Assembly (NCBI GenBank): GCA_963851055.1
Contig: CAWKMY010000006.1
Span: 14,663-78,662, forward strand
Direction: 5' to 3'
DNA: 64,000 bases
From: an uncultured bacterium
GTDB lineage: Bacteria > Patescibacteriota > Minisyncoccia > Phycocordibacterales > PALSA-1337
Below, piece by piece: positions 1 to 9,609 of this stretch (positions are counted from its first letter, which is position 1; every line of letters begins with the position of its first letter). The position numbers and the translations under genes were made by a program. Below the pieces are notes generated by a model. That model was not told the origin of the DNA. It worked only from the letters and a program-made list of their open reading frames with translations, and made no database searches.

Positions 1-103
1 TTAATATTCAAAGTTCATTGCAGAGACTACCAGAGATAAGCATAAACGTCAAACCCGCACAGTCTTGTACTAGCTGGGCGGGTATAGAGATCAAATGATC
101 TCT

Positions 104-147
104 GGAAAAATCGGCTCCGAACCGCACCACCAGCGCGGTCCGGAGCC
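104..147 (-). terminator. Intrinsic terminator: nested GC hairpin (ggctccg/cggagcc with inner accgc/gcggt) followed by a T-run on the minus strand
   Basis: Stem 113-119/141-147, inner stem 121-125/135-139, then gattttt on the minus strand (106-112). Confidence 0.5.
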
Positions 148-460
148 ATGGGATTAGCTCCCATATCTGTAGGTGAACGAGGTTTATACGCCTTTCACGA
201 AGGCGCTCAGAAGGGCGACGCGGCCATTGGGGGGCGCTGTCCAGCTCGCGTCGCTAAGCAAAACCTCTATGCCAACCCTAAACGGACAGCGAAAGTAAAA
301 TCAGTTAGCGACTATTCTAGGGGAAAATATAGCATATGTGGTTTTTGGGCGCAACAAAGTATCCTATGGCGTCGTGATGATAAATCGGTGGCGTCGCCTA
401 CGCAAAGCTACGGCGACATCCTACAAAAACACAGTCGTTCACTGTGTTCACTCCTTGTCT

Positions 461-823
461 TTGTGGAGATGCGCGGAATTGAACCGCGGTGCAATCGAAG
501 TTAGATCGGCTGATTCTACGACGGTAGTATCATTTGAATTTAATGGCTGTGATAGAAAACGAAACAAAATACACAGCCACGATCTCTAAGATTCGGTCAA
601 AGGAGTGAGAAGCTCCCCTGCCCTACTTCCCGATTATTACGCCTGACTCTAGAGTATGGATCCCCCTAGAGAGACGCGCCCTTATACAAGAGCGAATGCG
701 AAATCGCGTTCCGTAAAATACGGAGAAACGGTTTTAGCAATTAGGATTTCCGGCGGATTTACGAGTCACTGGAGCTCGCGCCGCACGGCCGAAAACTGAC
801 GATTGTCGATGCCTGTCATCCCC
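461..823 (-). ncRNA. ssrA: tmRNA (transfer-messenger RNA, ssrA), standard one-piece form
   Basis: The minus-strand 5' end is GGGGAUGACAGGCAUCGAC (conserved GGGGxUG...GGxUUCGAC acceptor/D-analog). The 3' end has T-arm CGCGG-TTCAATT-CCGCG then acceptor strand CATCTCC plus discriminator A. The acceptor pairs with the 5' end including the G3:U wobble (alanine identity). It lies directly downstream of smpB. A candidate tag ORF on the minus strand (738 to 685, stop 684-682) reads AKTVSPYFTERDFAFALV. Confidence 0.8.
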
Positions 824-870
824 AAGTTGGGAGTAAACCGTAATTAGTAAACGGTAAACAGAGACTGTTC

Positions 871-895
871 TTTCTGTTTACGGTTTACTGATTAC
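871..895 (-). promoter_or_regulatory. Conserved upstream element of ssrA (copy of the rpsL upstream motif), 48-72 nt 5' of the tmRNA 5' end
   Basis: 23/25 identity to 44504-44529; sits inside a larger inverted-repeat region 835-900. Confidence 0.5.
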
Positions 896-929
896 TGATT
901 ACTGCATTTCTCAACGATCCTTCATTGCC

Positions 930-1352
930 CTACTCCATCTCACGGTCGGATTCGCGGCGCATTATAGACGCTCTTTTATCATGTTTCTTCTTGCCGCGGA
1001 CTATAGCCACCTGAACCTTGATGAGATTGCGCTTAGTATATATCGAAATAGGCACTATTGTCAAGCCCTTGGCCGCATTGGCGAAGCCGGCTATCTCCTT
1101 CTTTGAGAGAATCAGGCGTCGCTGGCGGCGTGGTTCATAATCTTTCGGCGTATTTTTCTCCTGATACGGCGATATGAGCATGCCTTGCAGAAATGCCTCG
1201 CCTCCTTTGATCAAAACGTATGACCCTTCGAGCGATCCATGCTTCAACTTGAGCGATTTCACTTCCAAACCGAGCAGCTCTATACCAGCCTCGAATGATT
1301 CGAGGATCTCATAGTCGAAACGGGCTTTGGCGTAGTCGATAAGGTTGGCCAT
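930..1352 (-). CDS. smpB: SsrA-binding protein SmpB
   Basis: 140 aa with RFDYEILESFEAGIELLGLEVKSL and C-terminal basic tail typical of SmpB; immediately upstream of tmRNA. Confidence 0.9.
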   Translation of the reverse strand: MANLIDYAKARFDYEILESFEAGIELLGLEVKSLKLKHGSLEGSYVLIKGGEAFLQGMLISPYQEKNTPKDYEPRRQRRLILSKKEIAGFANAAKGLTIVPISIYTKRNLIKVQVAIVRGKKKHDKRASIMRRESDREME

Positions 1353-1416
1353 GGCTTCATTATCGTAGCATAATTAAAACAGAGGAGTATAATTAACCTG
1401 AAAGGAAATTAGAACC

Positions 1417-1695
1417 ATGAAAAATCAATTGTTCGCAATGAAGATCAGACTCGGAAAACCAGCTGATCCAAAAAATCTATCGCTATGGAAAATTGGCCTC
1501 GTATTATTCATTGGAGGCCTTGTGATGCTAACTGCTTCGGCAATTGCCGGCAGTTTTTACTGGCCATACACTCCACCAGGATATGTTTCTGGCCTTTTGC
1601 TCTCTGGCATGGTCGCTGTTTTTCAGGCATTTCTGTTTCAATTTGTGAGCAACACTGTTTACCGTAAATCGGATGAACCTAGCCAAACCAGTTAA
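1417..1695 (+). CDS. Small hypothetical membrane protein (2 predicted TM helices)
   Basis: 92 aa ORF with two hydrophobic segments; no recognisable family. Confidence 0.35.
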   Translation: MKNQLFAMKIRLGKPADPKNLSLWKIGLVLFIGGLVMLTASAIAGSFYWPYTPPGYVSGLLLSGMVAVFQAFLFQFVSNTVYRKSDEPSQTS

Positions 1696-1823
1696 TCGGG
1701 ACTGAATAATAATCGCGCCGCAAGACTTCACTGTCCTGTGGCTTTTTTATATCTTTTGACATTTAACAGTATTCGATTAAGCTAGAGACAAACAGCAAAG
1801 AACAATCAAAACTAAAGGACACT

Positions 1824-2750
1824 ATGAAAGCTTTAATCGTCGGACAAGGCAATGTTGGGAAGGCCTTCGCTCAATCGTCTTCATCGATAGGATGGAAATG
1901 CACATTTTTCCCGGGAAGGATCGCTGATGAAACATTTATCGGTTACGCAAAAGATGCCGACGTCGTTATTATCGCCATATCCACAAAAGATAAAGGCGAG
2001 ATCGAGCTCGGTTTCATCCTTTGCTCGATCGAACTCGGCAAACCAGTTGTCACTGCGGCAAAAGGCGCCGCCGCTTATCACTGGCATATGATCGAACCGC
2101 ATCAAGACAAGGTCGGATTATCTGCAACTGTAGGGGGCGCGAGCGGCATGCGGTCTTTATTTTATTTCATCCACCACCCGATAGATCCGGTCAAGGAAAT
2201 ATTCGGCATCGTGAATGGGACAATAAACCACCATGCGTGGGCAGTCCAAAGCGGCATGACCCATGAAGAAGCGCTTATCGAAGAACAAAAGCTTGGTCTT
2301 TGTGAGCCTGGGAAATTCGGTCTTGCTTCAATCATCAGAGCCGAATTTGATGACGCCAGAAATAAGGCCTCTATCCTGGCCAATTGGTCAGGCTTAGGAG
2401 AGATCGTTACGCCTGATGACTTTAGTTACTCGGTGCTTTCCGAAGCAGAAATAAAAAAGCTGCTAAGCAAATCCGGTAATCGCTTTGTAATCACGATAAG
2501 CAGGCGGCAAAAATACCGCTTCGATATGGAAGGGTTTGCCCTTTACTTGAAGCCATGGCTGATCCAGGGATCTTTCATGGAAAATGCTGCTCGCAAGTTC
2601 CGTGGAGTCTCGACAGACCGTCAGTATAACGCCCTAATGATCAGGACAAAGATAGCTGGTCGGGTAGCGATAGGTGGCATGGGTGCAGGACCAATTCCCA
2701 CAGCCGCAGCTATGCTTGGGGATGCGCGACATTTACTTGGAATCGTTTGA
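1824..2750 (+). CDS. hom: Homoserine dehydrogenase-like NAD-binding dehydrogenase
   Basis: N-terminal GQGNVGKA Rossmann motif, ATVGGASG and GIVNGTINH motifs resembling HSDH catalytic region. Confidence 0.6.
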   Translation: MKALIVGQGNVGKAFAQSSSSIGWKCTFFPGRIADETFIGYAKDADVVIIAISTKDKGEIELGFILCSIELGKPVVTAAKGAAAYHWHMIEPHQDKVGLSATVGGASGMRSLFYFIHHPIDPVKEIFGIVNGTINHHAWAVQSGMTHEEALIEEQKLGLCEPGKFGLASIIRAEFDDARNKASILANWSGLGEIVTPDDFSYSVLSEAEIKKLLSKSGNRFVITISRRQKYRFDMEGFALYLKPWLIQGSFMENAARKFRGVSTDRQYNALMIRTKIAGRVAIGGMGAGPIPTAAAMLGDARHLLGIV

Positions 2751-2770
2751 AGCCATGACAGCAAATAATA

Positions 2771-2801
2771 CCGCGAAGCCATGAGCTCCGCGGCTTTTTT
2801 A
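2771..2801 (+). terminator. Rho-independent terminator after hom
   Basis: ccgcg/cgcgg stem with 13-nt loop followed by cttttttatt. Confidence 0.5.
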
Positions 2802-2820
2802 TTCTGCTATACTTCTCTTC

Positions 2821-3906
2821 ATGTCCCTCTCCCCCGTATCTTGGACCCTATACACCTCGAATGAAGAAGCCTGGGACTCTATGTTCGCCGATTGTGCCGC
2901 AGCCAAGGAATCGATCGTTCTGGAACAATACATATTCGTCAATGACGAGTTCGGCAAGAAGCTCATAGACGTCTGCGTCGAGCGAGCTTCGAAAGGGGTC
3001 AGGGTCAGATTTCTCTGGGATGCCGAGGGATCATTTACTCTTTGGGGCTCGAATATGGCCGAGGATCTAAAGAAGAAAGGCATCGATCTCGTATTCTGGA
3101 AAACTCTAGTTCCGGACTATTCAAAAGTGCCGAATTGGAGGTCATGGTTCTTGCGCAATCACCGCAGAACATTGGTTATAGATGAAAAAATAGGTTACAC
3201 GGGAAGCATGTGCATATATGAGAAGATGAAGAATTGGCGAGACACCAATGTGCGACTGGAAGGCGGCGTCGTCCGCGAGATGGAAAATGCATTCGACCGC
3301 ATGTGGGCCAGAGCGACGAAGACTCACAACACTATGCCCAAGCGCCTCAAAGTCCGAGACCGAGAATTCCGCTATATCACTAACTATCCAACTCCTGGCC
3401 GACGCCATATATATGCCGAGATGGTCGAGGCCATCCGTTCTGCTAGACATTACATTTACATAACTACTCCATATTTTGTTCCCACGCATAGGCTCATAAG
3501 AGTCATCCGCTTGGCGGCGCGGCGAGGCGTTGACGTCAAAATCATCGTCCCAGAGGCTTCTAACTGGCTGGCGGCCGATCTCGGAGCACGATCTTATTTC
3601 AATACATTACTAGAATCCGGTGTGCGTATCTTTCTTTACTCCGGCAACATGATCCATGCAAAAACGGCCGTCATAGATGGTGATTGGGCCACAGTTGGAA
3701 CCATGAACTTGGACCGCATAAGTCTGCTCTATAACTACGAGGCGAATATCGTCAGCTCAAATACGAAATTTGCCGAAGAAATGGCAGCCCTATTCGTCAG
3801 AGATATGGCTGAATCGAAAGAGGTTGATACCGAGAAATGGCATAATAGATTCTTCGTTGAAAGGATACCGGAAATCCTTATACGATTTGTCAGAAAGTTC
3901 CTATAA
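2821..3906 (+). CDS. Phospholipase D family protein (cardiolipin synthase-like), two HKD-type motifs
   Basis: Canonical HAKTAVIDGDWATVGTMNLD HKD motif plus an N-terminal degenerate HxR motif (NHRRTLVIDEK). Confidence 0.7.
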   Translation: MSLSPVSWTLYTSNEEAWDSMFADCAAAKESIVLEQYIFVNDEFGKKLIDVCVERASKGVRVRFLWDAEGSFTLWGSNMAEDLKKKGIDLVFWKTLVPDYSKVPNWRSWFLRNHRRTLVIDEKIGYTGSMCIYEKMKNWRDTNVRLEGGVVREMENAFDRMWARATKTHNTMPKRLKVRDREFRYITNYPTPGRRHIYAEMVEAIRSARHYIYITTPYFVPTHRLIRVIRLAARRGVDVKIIVPEASNWLAADLGARSYFNTLLESGVRIFLYSGNMIHAKTAVIDGDWATVGTMNLDRISLLYNYEANIVSSNTKFAEEMAALFVRDMAESKEVDTEKWHNRFFVERIPEILIRFVRKFL

Positions 3907-3979
3907 ACCTAGTAAAATGGCCAAATACCTCGGTGTTGCTTAAAATGCCGCCGCATGCTATAAATACAGCCTGTAATCA

Positions 3980-4486
3980 TTGATGAAAGCACGTATCAAC
4001 CACCAGATAAAGGCCGCCGAACTGCGTGTAATAACCGCAGAAGGCGAGAATCTAGGCACTTTGCCTACAGATAAGGCCCTCGCGGAAGCCCGGAATCGGG
4101 GACTCGACCTTATCGAGATATCTCCGAATGCCGTGCCGCCGGTGGCCAAGATCATGGATTACGGCAAGTATCAGTACGATGAAAAGAAGAAGTCCAAAGT
4201 AGCCAAGACCAAGTCAAAGCAGAGCGAGCTCAAGACTGTTCAGGTGAAGATAGGCACAGGCGAGCATGACCTAGAGCTCAAAGCCAAGCGCGTATCTGAA
4301 TGGCTGTCCGGCGGCGACAGGGTCAAGATCGACCTTTACCTTGTAGGTCGCTCCAAATATATGGATTTCAATTTCCTGAAAGAACGCCTAGAGCGCATAT
4401 ACAAGCTCATAACCGTTGAATTCAAGGTCGCCCAAGAAGCGGTCAAAGGTCCAAAAGGTTTGACGGTCTATGTCGAAAAGAAATGA
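3980..4486 (+). CDS. infC: Translation initiation factor IF-3
   Basis: INHQIKAAELRVITAEGENLG...DLIEISPNAVPPVAKIMDYGKYQY, classic IF-3; first gene of infC-rpmI-rplT. Confidence 0.85.
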   Translation: MMKARINHQIKAAELRVITAEGENLGTLPTDKALAEARNRGLDLIEISPNAVPPVAKIMDYGKYQYDEKKKSKVAKTKSKQSELKTVQVKIGTGEHDLELKAKRVSEWLSGGDRVKIDLYLVGRSKYMDFNFLKERLERIYKLITVEFKVAQEAVKGPKGLTVYVEKK

Positions 4487-4542
4487 TCAATTATCAATAA
4501 CACAATGATCATTGGAAATTGCATCATTGAGCATTAACTAAC

Positions 4543-4731
4543 ATGTCAGTAAAAACCACAAAATCATATACAAAGCGCCTAAAGATAACCAAGAATGGCA
4601 AGCTTATCGCCAGGAAGCCTGGTCAGAACCATTTCAATGCAAAGGAGCGCAGCCGCACTAGCTCAAACAAGCACCGCAGCCAAGTCATAGTCATGAGCAA
4701 CAAGGATCGCGGACGTTTCCTGCCGAATTAG
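4543..4731 (+). CDS. rpmI: 50S ribosomal protein L35
   Basis: 62 aa basic protein, KTTKSYTKRLKITKNGK pattern of L35. Confidence 0.85.
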   Translation: MSVKTTKSYTKRLKITKNGKLIARKPGQNHFNAKERSRTSSNKHRSQVIVMSNKDRGRFLPN

Positions 4732-4734
4732 CAT

Positions 4735-4786
4735 TCGTATTATTCGTATCATTTGTATTATTCGCAAATTCGTATATTAAACTACC
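4735..4786 (+). promoter_or_regulatory. Repeated ATTCGTAT(CATT) motif cluster in rpmI-rplT intergenic region
   Basis: attcgtattattcgtatcatttgtattattcgcaaattcgtatatt directly before the rplT start. Similar attcgtatcatt/attcgtatatt words lie just upstream of rplB (30042-30088) and map (12271-12305). Confidence 0.3.
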
Positions 4787-5131
4787 ATGACCAGAGTAAA
4801 GAAAGCCGTTAATGCCCTGAAGAACCGCCGAAATGTCCTTCGCCAGACCAAAGGTTTCCGTTTCCGCCGTTCCAACACTGAGCGCGCCGCCAACGAAGCT
4901 TTGGCCCATGCCGGTGCATATTCATTCGCCCATCGTCGCGACAAGAAAGGTGACATGCGCCGCCTATGGAATGTAAAGATAAACGCCGCTCTCCGCCCTC
5001 TCGGCTTCACCTACTCAAAGTGGATAGGGGCCGCCAAGAAGAAAGGCATCGCCCTCGACCGCAAGGCTTTAGCTCATCTCGCTGAATTCAAGCCTGAAAT
5101 CTTCAAGAGGGTTGCGGAATCGGTTAAATAG
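4787..5131 (+). CDS. rplT: 50S ribosomal protein L20
   Basis: MTRVKKAVNALKNRRNVLRQTKGFRFRRSN... typical L20. Confidence 0.9.
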   Translation: MTRVKKAVNALKNRRNVLRQTKGFRFRRSNTERAANEALAHAGAYSFAHRRDKKGDMRRLWNVKINAALRPLGFTYSKWIGAAKKKGIALDRKALAHLAEFKPEIFKRVAESVK

Positions 5132-6605
5132 AGTACTCCTTCAACCTCTCCGGCACTATCGCCTTTAGTCCCAACTCATCATTTATCCTCTGCGCCAAAT
5201 GCATAGATGCGCCAGGCTCGCCCATGACGACGAATACCTGCTTCAAACGTATTTCTTTTGCACTATTATCTGGATCTCCTGCTGTCGCCACAAATTCAAC
5301 TAGGTGATCGCCGTCCTTATGAGCAGAATAGCCGTAGAGCGTCTCAATCTTTGCATTCACCTTTACTTGTTCGCCATGAATCTTGACCTTCTTTGCTCCA
5401 TCGGCCAATTCCCTGCCGAGTGAACCTGCCGCTTGATATCCGACGAGTAATATAGTGCTCTTGGGATCAGGAAGGAAATATGCTTCATGGCTGATGATGC
5501 GTCCGCCGACTGACATTCCTGAGCCTGCCAATATGATCTTGGCGCCTTTGAAATGTTCTATGCTACGCGACTCGCCTTGGCTTTCAACGAATGTGAGATG
5601 CGGAAATGAGAATATATCATCACCTGAAGCTATCTGCTTTTTTGCTTCATCGTTGAAAAGAGCTTCGCTCTGCTTATATATTTCTGTTACTTTCTGTGCC
5701 AATGGTGAATCGAAATATACCGGAACGGACGGTATGCGCTTTTCTTTCACCAGATTGTTGAGCTCATAGAGAAGTACCTGACTCCTATCTACAGAAAAAG
5801 CCGGAATGACGAGAGTGCCACCGCGGGCCAAGGTATCATTGATGACTTTCTCGAATTGAGGCAATCTTGTCTCACGTGGTTCGTGGTTTCGATCGCCATA
5901 GACGCTTTCCATGACTAGATAATCGACATCGCCTACTGGTTCAGTATCCCTTAGAATCGGCGCCGGCGAATTTCCCAAGTCTCCAGTAAAAAGAATTTTT
6001 GGTTATTGAACTTGATCACCGGATTTTTTTACACTCACCTCAATCATGGATGATCCTAAAATATGCCCAGCATCTTTCAAGAAAATTGATACGCAATCAC
6101 TTATCTTGAAATTCTCGTGATATGGAATAGTCTTCCACAATGGAAAAACCCGAGTAACATCATCGGCACTGTAAATAGGTTCACGACCATCTTCTTTTGC
6201 TTCGCTGGCCAAAATGTTGACAGCATCATTCAAGACCAATTCCGCCAATGCGCGCGTCTCTGACGTTGAATAAATAACTCCTTTGAATCCATCTTTGACC
6301 AATTTAGGAATGCGTCCAACGTGATCGAGGTGAGCATGTGTGACGATGAGTGCTGTTATAGAGCCAGTATCATAAGGAAACGCCTCACTATTTTGCTCAT
6401 TTGCCACGCGCTCACCTTGGACCATACCGCAATCTACGAGGATCTTCGTGCCGGTATTATCTTTGGCTCCATTGGAATCGACACTACCCGCCGTTTCCAA
6501 CAGGAAGTTGGCACCAGTGACTGTGCCGACGCCAGTACAGAAAGTCAGTTTGTTTTTTTGAGGCATATTGATGCTCATTATATGTGAGAAAGCGCCAATA
6601 ACCAA
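5124..6605 (-). CDS. MBL-fold beta-CASP ribonuclease (COG1236/RNase J-like), interrupted by a single in-frame TAA
   Basis: The N-terminal part (6605-6006) has the HAHLDHVG motif. The C-terminal part continues in the same frame after the stop at 6003-6005, with KILFTGDLGNSPAPILRDTEP, DYLVMESVYGDRNHEP and GYSAHKDGDHL beta-CASP motifs. ORFs 6003..6605 and 5124..5978 are both in frame 2 mod 3. Confidence 0.6.
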
Positions 6606-6816
6606 GGAAAATACTTTGGATATTTACTGGATTGAAAAACACCTGAACAGTCAGGCGTCCTTCAAGGATTGCGGGAGTATATAACCTGAATAAATCAGGT
6701 GGGATGTCTATCGCTGACATGCCGAAGCATAAGCGAATGTTTCTTCAAGAGATGATCGACTTCCCGTTTGAAATTGTTATAGGGTTTAACTCCCACAACC
6801 TGACCCAATTGTAGAC

Positions 6817-7434
6817 CTACCCCAATATGCCGTCAAGGTCCAAACCATACAGCATCTGCTCTACGAGTAGATTGTAATCGAAAACTTCCTCTTTTTTGAA
6901 CCAATGAGCAATCTCATCATTGGCCTCTTTGACTGATCCTGATGCGTGGACGATATTGCGCACCGCGCGACTATCATTATCGCTCATCATGTAAGAATCC
7001 AAGGCATAATCACCCCTTATCGTTCCCATATCTGCAGCAGCAAGAGGCTCCGTGCCGCCCGTAACTTTGCGCACTATTTCCACGGCATGAGCGCCTTGCC
7101 AAACCATAACCACGATCGGACCTTTGGTCATATAGTTGATGAGGTTCTTCAATATGAGGCCTGTTATATACACAGGATCCATCGATGGTGGCGTCTGACC
7201 TTTGCTGGTATAGCCTTTTATAGTCTTCAAACCAGTCTTCACGCGCCATTCAGGGTCAATAGTGTAATGCTTTTCGATAAGATCAGCCGTTGGTACCATC
7301 ATCTTCACGCCTACCAATTTCAATCCCACTCTCTCATACCTCTTTATGACTTCGCCGATCAGGCCGCGTTGGATACCGTCCGGCTTGATGATGACTAGAG
7401 TGCGTTCGAATTTGGGATGCTTCACGTTGGACAT
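6817..7434 (-). CDS. ndk: Nucleoside diphosphate kinase (long form with insertion)
   Basis: ERTLVIIKPDGIQRGLIGEVIKRYE, GTIRGDYA and NIVHASGS motifs. Confidence 0.8.
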   Translation of the reverse strand: MSNVKHPKFERTLVIIKPDGIQRGLIGEVIKRYERVGLKLVGVKMMVPTADLIEKHYTIDPEWRVKTGLKTIKGYTSKGQTPPSMDPVYITGLILKNLINYMTKGPIVVMVWQGAHAVEIVRKVTGGTEPLAAADMGTIRGDYALDSYMMSDNDSRAVRNIVHASGSVKEANDEIAHWFKKEEVFDYNLLVEQMLYGLDLDGILG

Positions 7435-7763
7435 TGAGATGTATATGATTTGTAAGTAAAACCATCATAACGCAAAAATCCCCACAAAGCCACGGGCCAA
7501 TACTGGATAGACAAGCCAGGAAATCGTGTTTAGAGGAGAGAGATTTTTATAATCTCTCACACTTTTCCCTGATCTGATTCCGTATTGACCTATAGCTTTA
7601 TGGGGACTTTATAAAACCAAATGCACACAAGCTCTATGAACACACAATTCTTTGAAATTATGTGCTCAATGGAGTGGTGAACGCCGTATCGTTCACCTGT
7701 TAACCATAACCATTACACAGAATTGCGGTCTGTTGCGCGATTCCCTATCGCGCAATGAAAGAA

Positions 7764-8717
7764 CTATTTGAGATGGCGGGAGACCACCTCTATAACCTGT
7801 TCGACTTCGAGCTTCGAGCTGACGCCCTGAGGACTTCCGAAGATGTCCCCACGACCGCCCCAACCAGCTTCTAGGGCTTGAAGTTCCTTCAGCGCAGCCG
7901 GCAGATCGCATGGAACGTGCGAATCATACCGACAAACCGTGAACTTTCTATAGACGCCTTTTGAGGCGTCTTTCGGATCAACGACCATTGCCGGGTTCAC
8001 TGCCACCACCACGAGGGCATTTTCATACCCCAGTCCCGTGGCGAACCGATGCGTGGAAACCACGCAGGCGATCCGGCCATTGGCGTTGAGCGTGAGCTCC
8101 GACGCCTTCCGGGCGGCTTCCAACTCGGCGTCATGCGCCGCGTTCAAAGCGGCGATTTCCGCCGTCTTGTCAGCACTCGCCAACAAGTCGGAGACCCACT
8201 GCACCCGATCAGCCAGCGACAACTTAAAGTCGCAGGCCTTGCGAGCAATGGCCGTAACTACGGCCGACGGCTTCCCAGCCGAAGGTCCGAAACGGTCGAA
8301 ACGGCCGACCTCGTGGACAAGGTTTTCGTCCACAAGTCTACCGATCTGGCGATTTGCCAAAACCGCCATAGCCGTGATGCTATCCGCATCCGGCCGAATC
8401 GTCACCAACGCCTCAAGCGCAAGCGATTCCTGGCCACGTGGCCCAAACTTGGGCTCTGGACCCCAATAGGCCACCGAGGCATCAATGGCCTTCTCGGCCG
8501 CACTCGGCGTTTCCGCCGTATCATCTGGACCATGATGGTCCAGATTGCCCCAGCGGCATTTTGCCGCCAAGCTGGGCACCGTGACCTCGATACCGAGGAC
8601 ATGCCCAGTATGTTTGGCGAATATTTTTTCATTCGCCTCCGCACCCTGCGGACGTGGATCTAACTGATAGAACTTCATAATAAGTTCCTTTCTTGATAGT
8701 TTAATAGGCACCATCAA
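7764..8717 (-). CDS. Hypothetical protein, GC-rich relative to surroundings (possible DHH/DHHA1-like phosphoesterase; weak)
   Basis: 317 aa ORF with protein-like composition; GNLDHHGPDD and C-terminal GWGGRGD motifs; no confident family. Confidence 0.45.
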   Translation of the reverse strand: MMVPIKLSRKELIMKFYQLDPRPQGAEANEKIFAKHTGHVLGIEVTVPSLAAKCRWGNLDHHGPDDTAETPSAAEKAIDASVAYWGPEPKFGPRGQESLALEALVTIRPDADSITAMAVLANRQIGRLVDENLVHEVGRFDRFGPSAGKPSAVVTAIARKACDFKLSLADRVQWVSDLLASADKTAEIAALNAAHDAELEAARKASELTLNANGRIACVVSTHRFATGLGYENALVVVAVNPAMVVDPKDASKGVYRKFTVCRYDSHVPCDLPAALKELQALEAGWGGRGDIFGSPQGVSSKLEVEQVIEVVSRHLK

Positions 8718-9080
8718 GCCTCCTGTTTGACCTCAAGATATCGATTAAGAAATCATTTTGCCTTTCGGCGAATCGATATCGCGAGTTCTCTGTATTCAGC
8801 CAACAGATTGGCTGACTTCACTCGTAAGAGCAAAGATTTCTGTTTTCGTCCTTTTGGACTCATCAGTCCCGACACGCATCGGGAGAACAGAGGAGAATGT
8901 TTTAACCAAAACATCCCCCACATAACCTTGCGACTATTCTTTCTCGGGAAGTCGTCTTTCCCATGGCACTGCATGCCAACTCACCATTTACGGACGGTGA
9001 CAACTTTCCAACTGTTAAAGAACGGTCGGACTTTTACGCACTTCTATTACGAAGGTTGTGCGATCCTTCGTCCTTTCGGA

Positions 9081-9446
9081 TCACCGGTCGTCCCACACGT
9101 CTAGGAAATGTAGGTCAGAGATCTCCTCAAAGCGAACACCGAGCAGTTCGGCAATCGCTTTGAGCTTTTTCTCGCCTTCATCCCCAGCAAGTATGCCAAT
9201 TGGCCGCAGGATGACAACACCAGTGTCTTCCAGCGACTCACCGACAACTTGGCAATCGAAGCCAACTGGGCCATCGCACAATTTCACGATGGACCCCATG
9301 ACTTCCTCTGCCACGCCTCGGATCTTACCGGCCTTGAGAATTTCCATAAAGGAACCCCTTCCACCCACTTTTTTCACTAAAGCGGCAAATCGATGACTAG
9401 TCGACTTCGTCAAACAGCTTATTTTTATGTTAGGCATAAGTGCCAC
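9081..9446 (-). CDS. Hypothetical protein
   Basis: 121 aa ORF, no recognisable family. Confidence 0.35.
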   Translation of the reverse strand: MALMPNIKISCLTKSTSHRFAALVKKVGGRGSFMEILKAGKIRGVAEEVMGSIVKLCDGPVGFDCQVVGESLEDTGVVILRPIGILAGDEGEKKLKAIAELLGVRFEEISDLHFLDVWDDR

Positions 9447-9609
9447 TACACAACCTCCTCAGTTACCAATTATCCAACTGAGGAGAAGAGCCACCGTCGC
9501 GAAGATGACTGGCGCGGCAGCCATACCAATGTATGGCGCCTTGTCATCCAGCATCACCCTCAGCCCATCTAATTTTCCCCAAGGTGCATTTCTCATACTA
9601 TTTCTCCTT

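Noticed and set aside
100-460. Possible RNase P RNA or SRP RNA next to tmRNA
   Set aside because: GGAAAAAUCGGCUCC superficially resembles the RNase P P4 strand, but no matching 3' P4 strand (ACAGAA.CCGGCUUA-like) is present. No GGAA-tetraloop SRP domain-IV consensus is present either.
148-589. Plus-strand ORFs 148..504 and 338..589
   Set aside because: They run across the 3' end of the minus-strand tmRNA and a hairpin-rich GC region, and have no protein-like features; judged non-coding.
8727-9163. ORFs 8727..9104 (+), 8753..8974 (-), 8963..9163 (+) in the 360-nt gap
   Set aside because: Low-complexity, mutually overlapping, no start-site context or family resemblance; the region is better described as unexplained non-coding sequence.
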